A DNA stretch of 64,000 nt from Sphaerodactylus townsendi. Taxonomy: Eukaryota. This document shows, piece by piece, positions 50,235 through 62,452 of this stretch. Positions within the stretch are counted from its first letter, which is position 1. The number at the start of each line of letters is the position of its first letter. The stretch lies in the NCBI RefSeq assembly GCF_021028975.2, contig NC_059426.1, forward strand, positions 44,578,001 through 44,642,000, written 5' to 3'. The translations under genes were made by a program, and so were the position numbers. The notes under the pieces are model-generated. The model worked only from the letters and a program-made list of their open reading frames with translations, was not told the DNA's origin and ran no database searches.

Positions 50235-50945
50235 ATTTATTTTTATTTTATTTTATTTTTTGGAATTTATACCCCACTTTATGCAGGGTGGCTTACAAAA
50301 TGAGAAACAACAGTAAAAACATCATTGCATATGATGATCGTAAAACTATAGTATTACCCACCCACGTAGCCTCCCCCACCCCAGATTGGCACCCTCTAGA
50401 GAGGGCATTAAGGAAATCAAAGGCACTGGTTTGAACTGAACACACTTGAAACTGAAGATTTATAATTTTTGATAAAAACAGCTTATTTCTCCTTTTTTTA
50501 GCAACTGAAGGCAAAAGAATGAGCACATTGAAGGCTTGGATAAATAGGAAAATCTTTGCCAGATGCCGAAACCCATAAAGAGTTGGTGCCTGACAAATAT
50601 CCATGGATAGGCTGCTCCATAGTCTGGGGCTGGCCATGGAGAAAGCCTTCCCACACACTCCCTCCCTCTACACCTCAGCGGAGGAAGGGACCACCAGGAA
50701 AGCCTCTGCCTTCCCCTCCTTCTGCTCCTGCTCAACCTCAGTGCTTGGGCAGGTTCATATGGGTGCAAGTGTTCCTTCAGATAGGTGAGACCCAAGCCAT
50801 ATAGGGCTTTAAACATCAGCATCAAGACCTTGAATTGAGCCTGGTAACAAATAGAGAGTCGCTGCCCATCTTTCAAGAATGGTGTTATGTGGGCTCAGCA
50901 AGTCCCATCAACAGTCTGGCTGCTGCGTTCTGCACCAGCTCCAGC
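50235..50945 (-). mobile_element. L2 LINE 3' fragment
   Basis: ELVQNAAARLL...AQFKVLMLMFKALYGLG..YLKEHL.PYEPAQALR and KAFSMASPRLWSSL...FRHLAKIFLF. Confidence 0.88.
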
Positions 50946-51561
50946 TACTAATCCTGGCCTCCACCACCAGTGAAGGATCTCCAGGATTACTAGATGCACA
51001 GAAATCTAATGGAAAGATGGTCCTCAGTCTGGGGCTCAAAGAAGTGGCCTCAAGGCAGGCAAACACTATACTTCAGAGAAGGATTCTTTCCCCAGTTATA
51101 GGGCATACAGACAAGTTAATTTCTTTCAGGACTTGGAAACAAATGGAGCCACTGCATAGGCCAGGTATCTGTCCCAGCTGTATAGAGAGAAGGGTTTTGT
51201 CATGCCCCCAGAGAAGCTCTTATTATTTCTTTATAAGTCTCAGTTTTAGTTACAATGGGTTTAGTTCTTTCGTAAGTGTTCTAAGGGAGGGAACTTTAGT
51301 CAGATCCTGTTCCTTTACGAATTCCCCTAGAGGCAGTTTTCCTTTCATTACCCAGTAATGCCTCTGTTTAGCTAGTGCTAGTGGAGTTGGAAGACTGTAA
51401 TATCTCTTACATCTATGGTGTATCATCTATGGTGTATAGTCTATAAAGAATCAAGTCAAGGTGTTAACAGAAAGTAGAATCCAGATAAAGGACACTGAAG
51501 GAACCAAGAGAAAGCACAGACAAAGGTGGACTTTCTTGGAAGAAGTCAAGAAAGAATCAAA

Positions 51562-52094
51562 GGCCCTTTCCGCACGGGCCTAATATGGCGGCCTGGGGAC
51601 GGCAAAAACACCGTCCCCAGGGAGCCGTTCGCACAGAGGGCACAGCTGCTTCGCAGCCACGCCGCCCTCGCGGTGCGAAGCCACCGTTTTCCTACCTCAC
51701 TTCCCAAGCGAAGTTTACAGAAAACGGCCATGGACTTCGAGGCATGCCGCTAGCCGATAGCGAGCAGCGGCTCAAGGCGCCCTTCCCTCTCCCCATGTCT
51801 GGTCAGCCTACCACCTGCTCTGTGGCCCTCCAGTGGCGTCGCCCCGAGGAGAGCCTGAGGCACGCGCCCCTCTGCCCTGCGACTCCGGAGTGGTTGCGCA
51901 GGGCAGGGGGCGTGTCCCCTGGCCTCGGCGATGTGCCAGAGGGCCGCAGAGCAGGTAGGTCGACAGGACGATGGCGCAGCGCAACACCGTCGTCCCGGGA
52001 GGTTCTGGGACCATTCATGCGAACGGTCCCAGAGGGGTTGGGTCAGCGTCATGTACATCGACCCAACCCCTACCGTGGCTGTGCGGAAATGGCC
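51562..52094. mobile_element. PIF/Harbinger-type MITE
   Basis: TIR GGCCCTTTCCGCAC / GTGCGGAAATGGCC; TSD aaa/aaa; CpG-rich; shares gcagggcagggggcgtgtcccc with 25442. Confidence 0.85.
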
Positions 52095-53568
52095 AAAGTC
52101 TCATACTTCAAGTTGTTCCAGTCAAGCAAGTACTTTATTTTAGTCAGACCCTGGGAGTTAGGGTCTTAATTCTTCTAGGAATAACTTTTTAAAAACTGTT
52201 ACACCTTGCTTGTGAGAGTCCCACTCTGTTCTGGCCGAGTACAGGGCACCTAAGATGTTTTACTTGGGGAACAGAGCAGGTTTGTTTGTAAGTTCAGGGT
52301 TTATTTTATAGAAGCCTTGGGCTCAATTTGAGTGCTGCTTCTGGCTGATGTAATGAACTGGCCTACAGTGACTATGTAGATTCAGTCAAAATAGGAATCA
52401 AGAAAATATTTTCATGATAACAAGCCTTTCACATCTGAAGTTACTTAATTGTGGTCTGATCACTTCTGAGACACATTCTTTGAGCAAGGCATTTTCAGGG
52501 TACTCCCAGCTAGTTTGATTGGATTAAGTAGTCACACTCTTTCCTAAAATCTGTCTGTCCTCTGCAAGCCAGATTCTATCTGTATCATCATTCTTAATAT
52601 AATAACTAACTCAGACATTATTTTTTCCAATATATCCTGTTGACCATACTGTCATGGTGATATAAAATTAAAAAAAATTAATGAAAGGAAGAAAGTGTTG
52701 GTTTTACCTTAATGTTGTTTTCTTTTTAGAAATGAATCATCAGATTTGAGAGTGGCAAATGTATATATAGATATTCCTATCTAAAAAACAGCAAAGTATC
52801 ATAGCACTAAGGATGCATATTGAGATCTATGCTAGAGAAGAAGGAAAGAGATAGGCAAAATGGATATAGCTTTTCTTAGTTAGTTGGATAGCTTCAAAGA
52901 TTGTTAATTTAGATTTGTTATCAGAACAGTTCTCCATTATCTTAGTTCACTATCTGGTCACTGTTTTGCTGAGCCATCCTCAGTCCCACCTACTGAAGGG
53001 AATGGCCATGGCACGATTATCAAAGATATGATATAAGGACAAAAAAGACTGAAAAATGAAGCCCTTTGTTATCCAAGGGCTTCTTTTCTTAACTCTAATG
53101 TACTTCAATTGAGCATTTGGTCTATTGTGAATCCATTTGTAAAAAGCAAATTATGAAATGAAGTTCATTATTCCTATTTGATTATTACATAAAGTCATTT
53201 TATTATTTTCACATATCATCCACTTTGTGATATGTGAGGAAGTCACTATAGGTTTGCAATCATAAAATTCTGAGTGAAGGGGAATAACTTAGGGGAAAAT
53301 GTATGAGGGACAAGACATTTTTTAATCATTTCTGCCCATATATTTGGAACAAAATGTGCTCCAAGACAGCTAGTAATTATTTTAATGTTGCTGAATGAAA
53401 CCTTGGGTTTTTCCCAGGTTTGTAGAAAGATTCCGTTTCTGTATTTATGTATCCAATTCAACTAGATATGTTTAAAAGAAAGTATCTGAACAGTAACACC
53501 CACTGATTTCATTGGCTGTTTTAAGTTTATCCATTGAAAAAAATGAAACAAAAGTTCTTCACCCAGAT

Positions 53569-54688
53569 CAAGGGTCTGCAGCCTGCGGCTCCGCGTGGCT
53601 TGGGTCCTCTCAGCCTCCTTTGGAAAGTCGCCTTAAGGGTTAATGGGAAAGAGTCCCTGTTCCTAGAGAGGCACAGCCGGAGACGGCTATTCCAAGCAAC
53701 TTCCGGCTGTCTAGTTGGCTGATGCCGGTGATGACGACGTGGGGTGGGGTCAGAGCACTGCTGTTGGATCCTCTTGAACAGGTGAGTGGCAAAGGGCGGG
53801 AAACGGAAGGGAGTTGCAGGAGCACAGATTTTCAGCACAATTCTAACCTCAGTCTGCCCCCCTTGAATGGGGGGTCAGGGGTCGACTCTGCTTTGGGTGG
53901 CCTCATTTCCCCCTCCCCTGGGTCCTTCTTGGGGGGCAGGACCACATAGGGGACCCTAGAAGTGCCACCTTGGGTTGCAGACCCCCCAGCAGCCCCGCTG
54001 AGCTCCAGGGGCTTTCCTGGCGAATGGCAGCCTGGCTGAGTCCAGGTGAGAAAGACAATGTCAGGTTTTAAAGGAGTTATTACCTGCAGCCCTGCACTTG
54101 TCAGGGCTGTTTGATGGGGAGGCGGGGGTGGGTGGGAATTGTTTGCTTCTGCATTGCCAAGGAGGGCAGGAGGGCATGGGGAAAGCCTTGCACATGGATC
54201 TTGGAAGGTTTACTTCAGAGTAAGCCAGTGGAGGGTAAGCTTGTAGATCGTGGAAGGGAGGAAGGCCAGGATCATCCTCAGCCATGGTTGTTGCAGGTTG
54301 CCAACTCCCAGCAGGCAAATCCCAGGACATTTGGGGGTAGATTCTCAGAAGCTGTGGCTTTTGGGACCAGGGCGGGGGGCATGCTAAGTGAGGAATATGG
54401 CTGTCGAGTCCACCCTTCTTGGCAGACATGGAGGTCTGTTACTATTTTTTAAGAGTTCAAAATGTTCAAAATGTTTACATAAATAAAATATAATTTTCTC
54501 TGTAGCACTTCATGGATTTCATAAGCAACACACTATAACTGTTTATGCAAAGCATAAAGGTAAAAAACAATATATACAGTGTTATCTTCATTTTAAATGT
54601 CAAAAAGTATTTGCGGCTCCAAGTGTTTTCTTTTCTGTGGAAAACGGGTCCAAATGGCTCTTTGGGTGTTAAAGGTTGCCGACCCCTG
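53569..54688. mobile_element. hAT (Charlie-like) non-autonomous element, 1120 bp
   Basis: TIR CAAGGGTCTGCAGCCT / AGGTTGCCGACCCCTG; subterminal tgcggctcc at both ends; exact 8-bp TSD ACCCAGAT. Confidence 0.9.
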
Positions 54689-55000
54689 ACCCAGATCATG
54701 GGATTAATCATTTTCTGACAACTGATTCTTACAACTGTGAGCAGGTCTCAAGTTTGCCTGATCAGTGGAGATGTTTATAAGCAGAGGTGCCCAAAACTTA
54801 ATGGTAAACATGCTTGGAAGGAAAACATGATATCTTTGACATCTATGGTCACTTGTGAAGGGGAACCATCCACACAAATGCTTTTCATTCTCCCTACATG
54901 CTGTTTTTGACAAGGGTGAAAGCCAAAGTGTTCTTGTCTGAATGGGCAACACATAGACTGAACCCCCACCCCCACCCCCACCCCAAATCAAGATTTCATG

Positions 55001-55248
55001 TAGGGTTGCCAAGCTCCTGAAATTACAGATGCTATCTAGACTGCATAGATTGCCTATCTATCCATCTATCCATCTATCCATCATCTATCCATCTATCCAT
55101 TTATCCTACTTATCTAGGAGAAAATGGCTGCTTTGGAAGGTGAATTATATGGCATTTTACGCTATGGAGGTCCCTCCCTCCTAAAAGCTACCCTCTTAGG
55201 CTCCCCTCAAACCTCCAGGAATGTTCCAACCTAGAACTGGCAATCCTA
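55001..55248. mobile_element. TAGGGTTGCCA-TIR MITE with internal (ATCC/ATCT)n
   Basis: TAGGGTTGCCA...TGGCAATCCTA; TSD atttcatg/gcttcatg. Confidence 0.78.
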
Positions 55249-57363
55249 GCTTCATGTAGCATGTGCAAGAGATGCAAGTGTGAGTAAAATTCATGTGTTG
55301 CTTCCTTTCAGTCAACATAATAGTCCTACATACTGGAAGGTTACAGGTACCATAGACTCTCAATGCACATAGTTGGCAGGCTCCCAGTGCACAGTCACTG
55401 TGTATGAAGAAGATTAAAAACAGGGTAGACTCTTAAATGTTTCTGTTCTCTCAGGGGGTTATCCCCATATTTTTTTTAAAAAAAGAATCAGTATTTTCCT
55501 GCAAATTTGAGAATTCTTCCATGGTTTGCAGATATCTGTCTTAGCCTTACATGTCTTAGCCCCTTCAGATTTTTTGTGTGGATTTCTTGAGGAGTCTCAG
55601 CTTAGCGATAGACATCTGATGAAATTTCAAATATGTGGCCGGTATCAACTGGTTTGTAAACAAAAAAAATCAAATATGTAGAAGGAACGAGAGAAAGTAG
55701 TCATATAACATGTTTGCCTGCACTGATCTAGGATGGAATCTATCCAGGATAAGATTCATAGGCTAGAAACCTGTGTTTTCCAAGCAGGTTTCTGAAGTCT
55801 TGGTTCATAATCAGGGTTATAAACAAATCAGGTTCATTCACACAGTAAAAAGACCCACATATGCTTTCCTCATTGTGACAGCTATAATGCAAATAAAATT
55901 TTCTCCAGATAAGGACAAATGTCTGCTTCTCTAGCCACAAACGACTGCTTCCCTCTAGGCCTATGCTTGTGTTGGGTAAGACTGATCACATGATTCAGCC
56001 TTGCAGCGGAGGTAGTTATTTGCCTTTCTTTTGAAATGCTCAGCAGATGTCTAAGGAGAGGTGGCCAGTTCTGTGCAGACTGTGGGGGGGAAAAACCTGG
56101 CCAGAGATACTCACAAGGGTAGTAAGAAGCGAACTAAGAATCCAGGTCTGCTCTAATCATGACAGGCACAATTAGGGATTTCACAGTTTTGTCTTTCTAG
56201 GCACCATTTCATTTGGAAATATTGCACAGATATATGTCACTCACTATTGATAGATTTATTTGACTTTCTGTCAAATCTATGTACATTGACAAAAATCTAT
56301 TTTGTTGTTTTTGTCACAGAAATCTATACTGGCATTTTTCCCTGTGGAGATTTGGCTAGTCATTGTCAGCATGAGGTGCCAGCGAGAGCTTTTTACTGTT
56401 TTTTATTGTGCCAGCTGCTTCCTTGGCTTAGGATCTTTTGGTTCAGATTTATAAACGGGGGCGAAGAAAATCTATATCCACCTCAGCCTGCTCGATGGAA
56501 GATGACAGGGATTTGATTTATGAATTCTTGTTGTACATCTTAGAACAGATAGAAGCTAATGTGTATTGTTTGACTGGTGAAAAACTGCTGAAAATTCTGT
56601 TGGTGATTCTTCAAGGATTTCGGTGATGGATCTTAAGGTTGCTGGCAAAGTAGTACAAAATATGAATCACAGTTTGGCAAACCTAACATGCTATCTTAAT
56701 TCATCATATTGGCCTCTGACGGGATTTATTTCGTTCTCTAACATTCTTGTTGTAGTGGTCATTTTAGTCTAAACCCTGGGGTACTTAAGAACCCTTTGCC
56801 TTGTTTTTGTTTTTAAATGGTGGTATTCACATTATTCTGAAAAATGTTTAGATTTCAGGGAAGCTAATCCGGGGGTGCAGAATGAAAGAATCAATCATGG
56901 TAAACAATCTTCCATAAAAGACAATGTTCCCATCACTACCTATCTTCTACTGAAATGTATACTTAAAGGAGTGTGAGATGTGTTAGTCCACTTCCAGTTC
57001 ACATGGGGCTATAATGAAGCCTAGCAGATCTGGCCAGTGTCCTGTGAAAACTAAGCAAGCATCCTCAAAAGGCATCCCCTAGAATTCTGTGCAGACTTCA
57101 TCGCAGATGTCTCAAGGTTCCCTCAGAGAAGAAAAAGACAAGTCAACAAGAAAAGGGAAAACATTTGAAAACTATTATTTGAAAAGCTGGCACCAGATCC
57201 CAAAGCATACTGAGTGATGTTCAACATATATTCTGAAGTGTGGTAGAAGTGGTTTGAACACACACTAATTGCACTCTTAGGTCTGGTATATTCATGCAAC
57301 ACAGTAAGATGATAGAATTATGGGGTGGTAAAATGGGCTGTGGGAGGTTAGGTGGCATTAATA

Positions 57364-57531
57364 CAGCCTGATCTCATTAGCTCTTGGAAGCTAAGCAGGG
57401 TAGGTATGTAGATGGAGACCACCAAGAAAGAATCTTGCAGGGGAAGGCAATGGCAAACCACCTCCGTTTCTCACTTGCCTTGACAGCCCCTTGCTTGGGG
57501 TGTCATTAGTTGGTTGCAACTTGATGGCACT
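57364..57531 (+). mobile_element. 5S rRNA-derived SINE (5S-Sauria type)
   Basis: gcctgatctc...ctcttggaagctaagcagggt...gatggagaccacca (5S rRNA-like head) followed by ggaaggcaatggcaaaccacctc...cttgatggcac (Sauria tail). Confidence 0.8.
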
Positions 57532-60500
57532 TGTATACATGTAAAGAATGGGCTATACCACTTGGTACTTTACGGAGGGGTTTCTAATGTACATAGCAAC
57601 CTCACATCAAAACTCCCTATAAATTAAAAAAGTAGTAGAGAAAGGAAAGGATTACCCCAGTATGCTGTATTAGTTTCAGAAGAAATTATCAGAAAACTTT
57701 CACCTGCCTGCCAGCTACCACCTCAACACTCCACTACATCATCACCACCTCATTCTGTTGCATGTCTAGACCAGTCCTACCAGGCATTTATTTTCATAGC
57801 TGAGCTTGTGTGTTCAAACTGCTTCCACTATACTTAGGTTGATGTTTGTCTTTACTCTTTTGAATTAGTGTCTGTGATACAGATAACCGTGCATGAAGCT
57901 GGGTCAAACTGACAGAAAATAAAATAAACCGTAATGCTTGTATTTTGTGATCCAAATGTAGAGCTTATCTCAAAAAGGATAGGATGCTTGCACAATTGGG
58001 TTTTTTCCCCCCTTCCCTTTTCCAGTTTTGCTGTTTGGAATATTGGCAGCAAAGTCCTGCCTAGTTATGCATGTCTAAGTGCCTTTGATTTCAAAATGGG
58101 AACAATAGTGCAGCCATATGCTGCTCAACAGGAAGTTACAATGTTTGCTACCACACACCCCAAATAAGGATGCCAGACATGTGTTTGGGTTAAGCTACAA
58201 CTTATTAAAAGCTGAACGGCTAAATTTTTTTACATTAATTTAAATTTGAAATGGCTTCTAATGGTTTTGCTGTTATTTGGATAGACCCATCGTGACCCAA
58301 AGCTTAGCTTGGTACCATCACCATGCTTTGCTTGTCGTTGCCAGCACTTCAAACCTGTGCTGGGGGATGTTATTCCTTAATGCTGTTCTCCTGTGCTGGT
58401 CAGCACGAAAATTCAAATAACTATGCTCAACCCTGAGAGAGTTTCTTGACAGGCATATACACTGGCCAACCTGCAATTGGTCATCTCCATAATCACAGAT
58501 GCCTCAGGATGCTTGCCTAGCTAGACTACCTATCCTAAAACACCTATAAACTCTCAAGGGAGAAGGAGGAATAATTCTCCTATCAGATGTCTTATGATAA
58601 GGGTTTTATTTCCTTTATTTTCAGAATTCGGCAATGGCAACAACTAATGGATTTCAATAAGGGATTTCTTTATTGAATTAATTGAGAGTTTCTCAGACTG
58701 ATTGTTTTTTTGATATGCAACAGTTTCACGCTGTAGATAATCCCCTTTCAATGGCTAGGGAGACTGGTGGGAGCTTTGGTTTGGTTTTGTAGAGAGATGA
58801 AGGTATGCCATGATAGTGTCCTCCACTTTGGTTCCCACCTGCAAGTTGCAAGGTTATTGAATTTTACCCTTCAGCTGGACCATAGATCCTTTACTGGTAT
58901 CTTTCTCACAATCTGTTCAAATAAGCCAGACTAGTCTGTCAGGATTAGTCATCACTTCTTATGATGCAATCTTGTTTTAGGAAGATTTCTGTTGCGTATC
59001 TGGAAAAAGAGTCCAACTTCTGTTGTTCTTCTGAAGAACTCTCTGCTTGCTGGTTGTGCCTCATCTGGGCTAAATTCTTCTGATCCTTCTCTCCTGTTGA
59101 GAAGGAGGATACATTGATATGGCCATGGTTTGTTTCTTGTTGATTTGCTGCTGTCTTTCTTTTTGGTTTGCCTCGTTTTCATTGCCATTGTTGACAAATA
59201 TTTTGTTTCTTTGAAGCAAAGTTGTATGGGGAAACGTATTCTTTTTAATGGGGGAACGGTAGACTTAGGAAAAAGAAGCTGGCATAAAATGAAAGCTCAC
59301 AAGGCTATTTCTTACAAGAAACAAAATATGAATGGCAAAACCAGACACTTTTCAAAGTTCCATGCTCCCAACCCCACTTGTGTGTGGGCCTTTTTTCTTT
59401 GTTTCTGGAAATGTTGGTCATTATCCGCAGCACTGCTCTCATGGACGCTGGTCCTTTTCCTTCTTATTGTTGCTCTCCTCAGCACTGCAATCAAGACTGG
59501 TAGCTGTCACCCTTCCCTGAAACTCTATCCAAACTTCCTTTTTTCTTAGGTAGCACCTGTATGCTGTGTGTGTGTGTGTTTGTTGCTTAAAATATATTTC
59601 TTGGTTTTACTATTTTATTGTTCAATAAAGCCCATTTTAATAACACAGCCACCTGCTCATTTAAGAGTTCTCACCCGAGATGATTCTGGTATATGTAGGT
59701 TATTGATTCCAGTTACCCCCTCTTAGTCTCTGTCTCCAGCTAATTCTCCCCAATTTAAGTGGAGACAGATTACCCAGGGTAATATCTAAGACTTCCTTTG
59801 GGCTCTTCAGTGGATTGTATGGATATTAGCATGGATTCTAAGGCTTTCTTTCATTTGTACTACTTTGCAGGGGTAGTCCCCAGTGGCAGAGTGAACTAGG
59901 AGCTTCGGCTCATGTGCCACTAACTTTTTCAATGAGCTAAAAAGCACCTTGCCCCAGAGGAATGCACTGGGCAGTTAGGAATGCCTTTGCAGTGCAAAAG
60001 AGGGACACAAATGGATGTAGAGCTCCGGATGAAAGACTTCCTTCAGGAAGTCCTGTAACCCAGCCCTTAAGATTTTATACTCTCCCTAGACTTTGAACAC
60101 AATTCTTTCCAAAGTCTCAGGAGATCTTTCCAATTGAGGATTTTGAATTTGAAAAGAAATCATTCTCCATTTTAAAAAACCCTCCAACCTTGTTATTTTT
60201 TTTTACATTACGTTACAGAATCTATGCTTCCCTTTTATGTAGACCATATGCAACATTTCCCCATTGTATGTTAAAAAAGCCTTGCCATCTTATCTACATA
60301 TTCCTTTGTAAGCATTTCCAACTTCAATGGAGAAGTTTTAAAACAAAGACCCCCCCAAAACAGTTTACGCTTTCATTTCATTTCTTCTCTATTTATATTT
60401 TTAATAGAATACTACAAAGAGGAACTTTGGGTCCCCATTACCAGGAAAGGCCAGTGTTACAACATCAGTTAATGGCCACAGACTTTCTATTTGAGCTTAC

Positions 60501-61966
60501 CTGGCACATTTGGCTCTGCCAGATGTAGGCCTGCTATCACATCATTTGATCTGCTGACAATGTGCACTGCCTTAAAAAGAGGAAAGGAAAGGAAATGCCT
60601 AGGTGACTCTTTTCCAAATCGCACATATTCTTTGAGTTAAGAACGAAACGTGAGACCAAAGTTAGCTTTTAATTACATTTCCTTCCTTACCTCCAACAAA
60701 CAAAATTTTATAACTTTCCCAATGAAGAAGGCCATGTTTTGTGAATTACTTGCTTGGAATCTTCCCAGGAGCAAAGTTTCTTAGGAAACGTTCTATTATT
60801 TGGATTAATCAAAGGTAGAATCTCATTTTCAAATATTGGCTTGACTTATTTTGCAGGGCACTTGTGGCTTTTTCTTTTCTGCTTTGAAGCTTTCATTTAC
60901 TTGGCTACCTGGGAAGGGTTCCTTGCAGTGGAACGAACATGACTTGAAGCAAGATGTTGTGTATGGGAGAGGGAAGATAGAGAGGAAGCATTGCCTTCTA
61001 TTATAGAAATGAATGCTCTCACGTTTGTATTAAAAGAACAATTTAAAGTCATGTGGAGAAGGAAAGACATCTGTGGAGAGAAAACCAGAGTGCTGTTTAA
61101 ATGAAGTATTCAAAATAAGTATCATTTAAATTTGTCCTTCCTAATAACATGTGACCCTCCCCCCTCCAATTCCTTCAGTTTTGGCATTGTGGGATGGTAT
61201 CATTTTGTAAGGATTAAAATATGAAAAATGTGTCTACATTTTAACATGTGATTAAACAAGCAAGGCTAAGTATTAAATCTGACTCCTCAGTACGCTGAGG
61301 AGCATTTTTACAAGTGGAAAGTTATTCTGCTTAGACGGATCATCCATTTTCCAGAACCTTTTAAACCCGCCTAATATATTGAACGTCAAAAAGGCCATAA
61401 AATCTCTCTTAACTATTGATATCTATTTGTAGATGGCATTATAAGTCCTGACATGCCTTTGAATAAGCCAATGGCTTTATTCAAGCAAAGGTTGGGTACT
61501 TTGGTCTGCTAATTTCACAGCAATGCTGCCTTGTTAGAGTGGAGAGCTGTTGATTTTTTAAAAAAAATAGAGTCCAATCTGGATCTAGAAAGATTAGCAT
61601 GGCTTTTGCCTTTCTCTCTTCAGTGGGATATGCATTGCGCCTGTAGCCTTTTAGCTCTTTCTATTCGTGATTAATCTGGTTGGTAAAATGTTGTAAAACT
61701 TAAGTTCCTGATTCACTATATTTATTTTTAGATTTCTTTGCCAGGCAGTGCAGAAAGGGCATAGTCCACTTGCACCACAATTGTTCATGGGAAACTTTGA
61801 TCTGTATCCTATTGAAATCATTGGAAAAAAATCCTGCTGTATTTATTTAAAATATTTATACACTGCCTTATGTTCCGAAACTCAAAGCAGCTAACAAAAC
61901 AGCAAAAGCTGCAACAGAGATATCATAAGGGTCCAGTAAGTTAAAATCAATGCACAAGTAAGCTCA

Positions 61967-62452
61967 GGCTGTTTCTGCATTACCCCAAAACAGCACTCTT
62001 GGGACGGTAAAAACATCATCCCTGGGGCACTGTTTGCACAGCTGCCGTGCTCACCCCTCCGAAATGGCAGGAAAACGCTGTTTTCAAAACTCGCTCAATG
62101 AATGAGTTTTTTGGAAAGTGGCGTCTTCCCACTGGTGCCATGCGAAGCACTGCTGTGAGGGCGCTGCTTTTAGCCGCTTCCGGTTTGTTGTTTGTACCTA
62201 CCTTTTCTCCTGCGAAGCTCTGGATGGAGGAAAGTTGGAGGGCAGTGTGGGTGTGTCCCTTCGTCTGTCCAAAATTTCACAGGGAGAAAAGGTAGGTACA
62301 CAACAAACTGGAGGCAGCTCCATGTGGAGCCGCCCCTGCAGGCCACATCAACATTGGGACAGCCCACACGGGACTTTGCGATTGGTCCCGAGACTCCACT
62401 GGCATAAATTATGTCGGTGGCCAGCTGCTTCTGGTGCTGTGCAGAGACAACC
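61967..62452. mobile_element. PIF/Harbinger-type MITE
   Basis: TIR GGCTGTTTCTGCA / TGCAGAGACAACC; TSD tca/tca. Confidence 0.78.

Noticed and set aside
56370-56720. Possible very old RTE-X-like fragment
   Set aside because: Only a faint RAF...LP resemblance; too degenerate to call.
57364-57430. 5S rRNA gene
   Set aside because: Partial, diverged and fused to a Sauria/BovB-like tail, so it is a SINE head.
58950-59790. Possible LTR (TG-rich tract plus AATAAA near 59625) and a 139-aa hydrophobic ORF
   Set aside because: No definable termini or TSD; the ORF's hydrophobicity reflects T-rich DNA.
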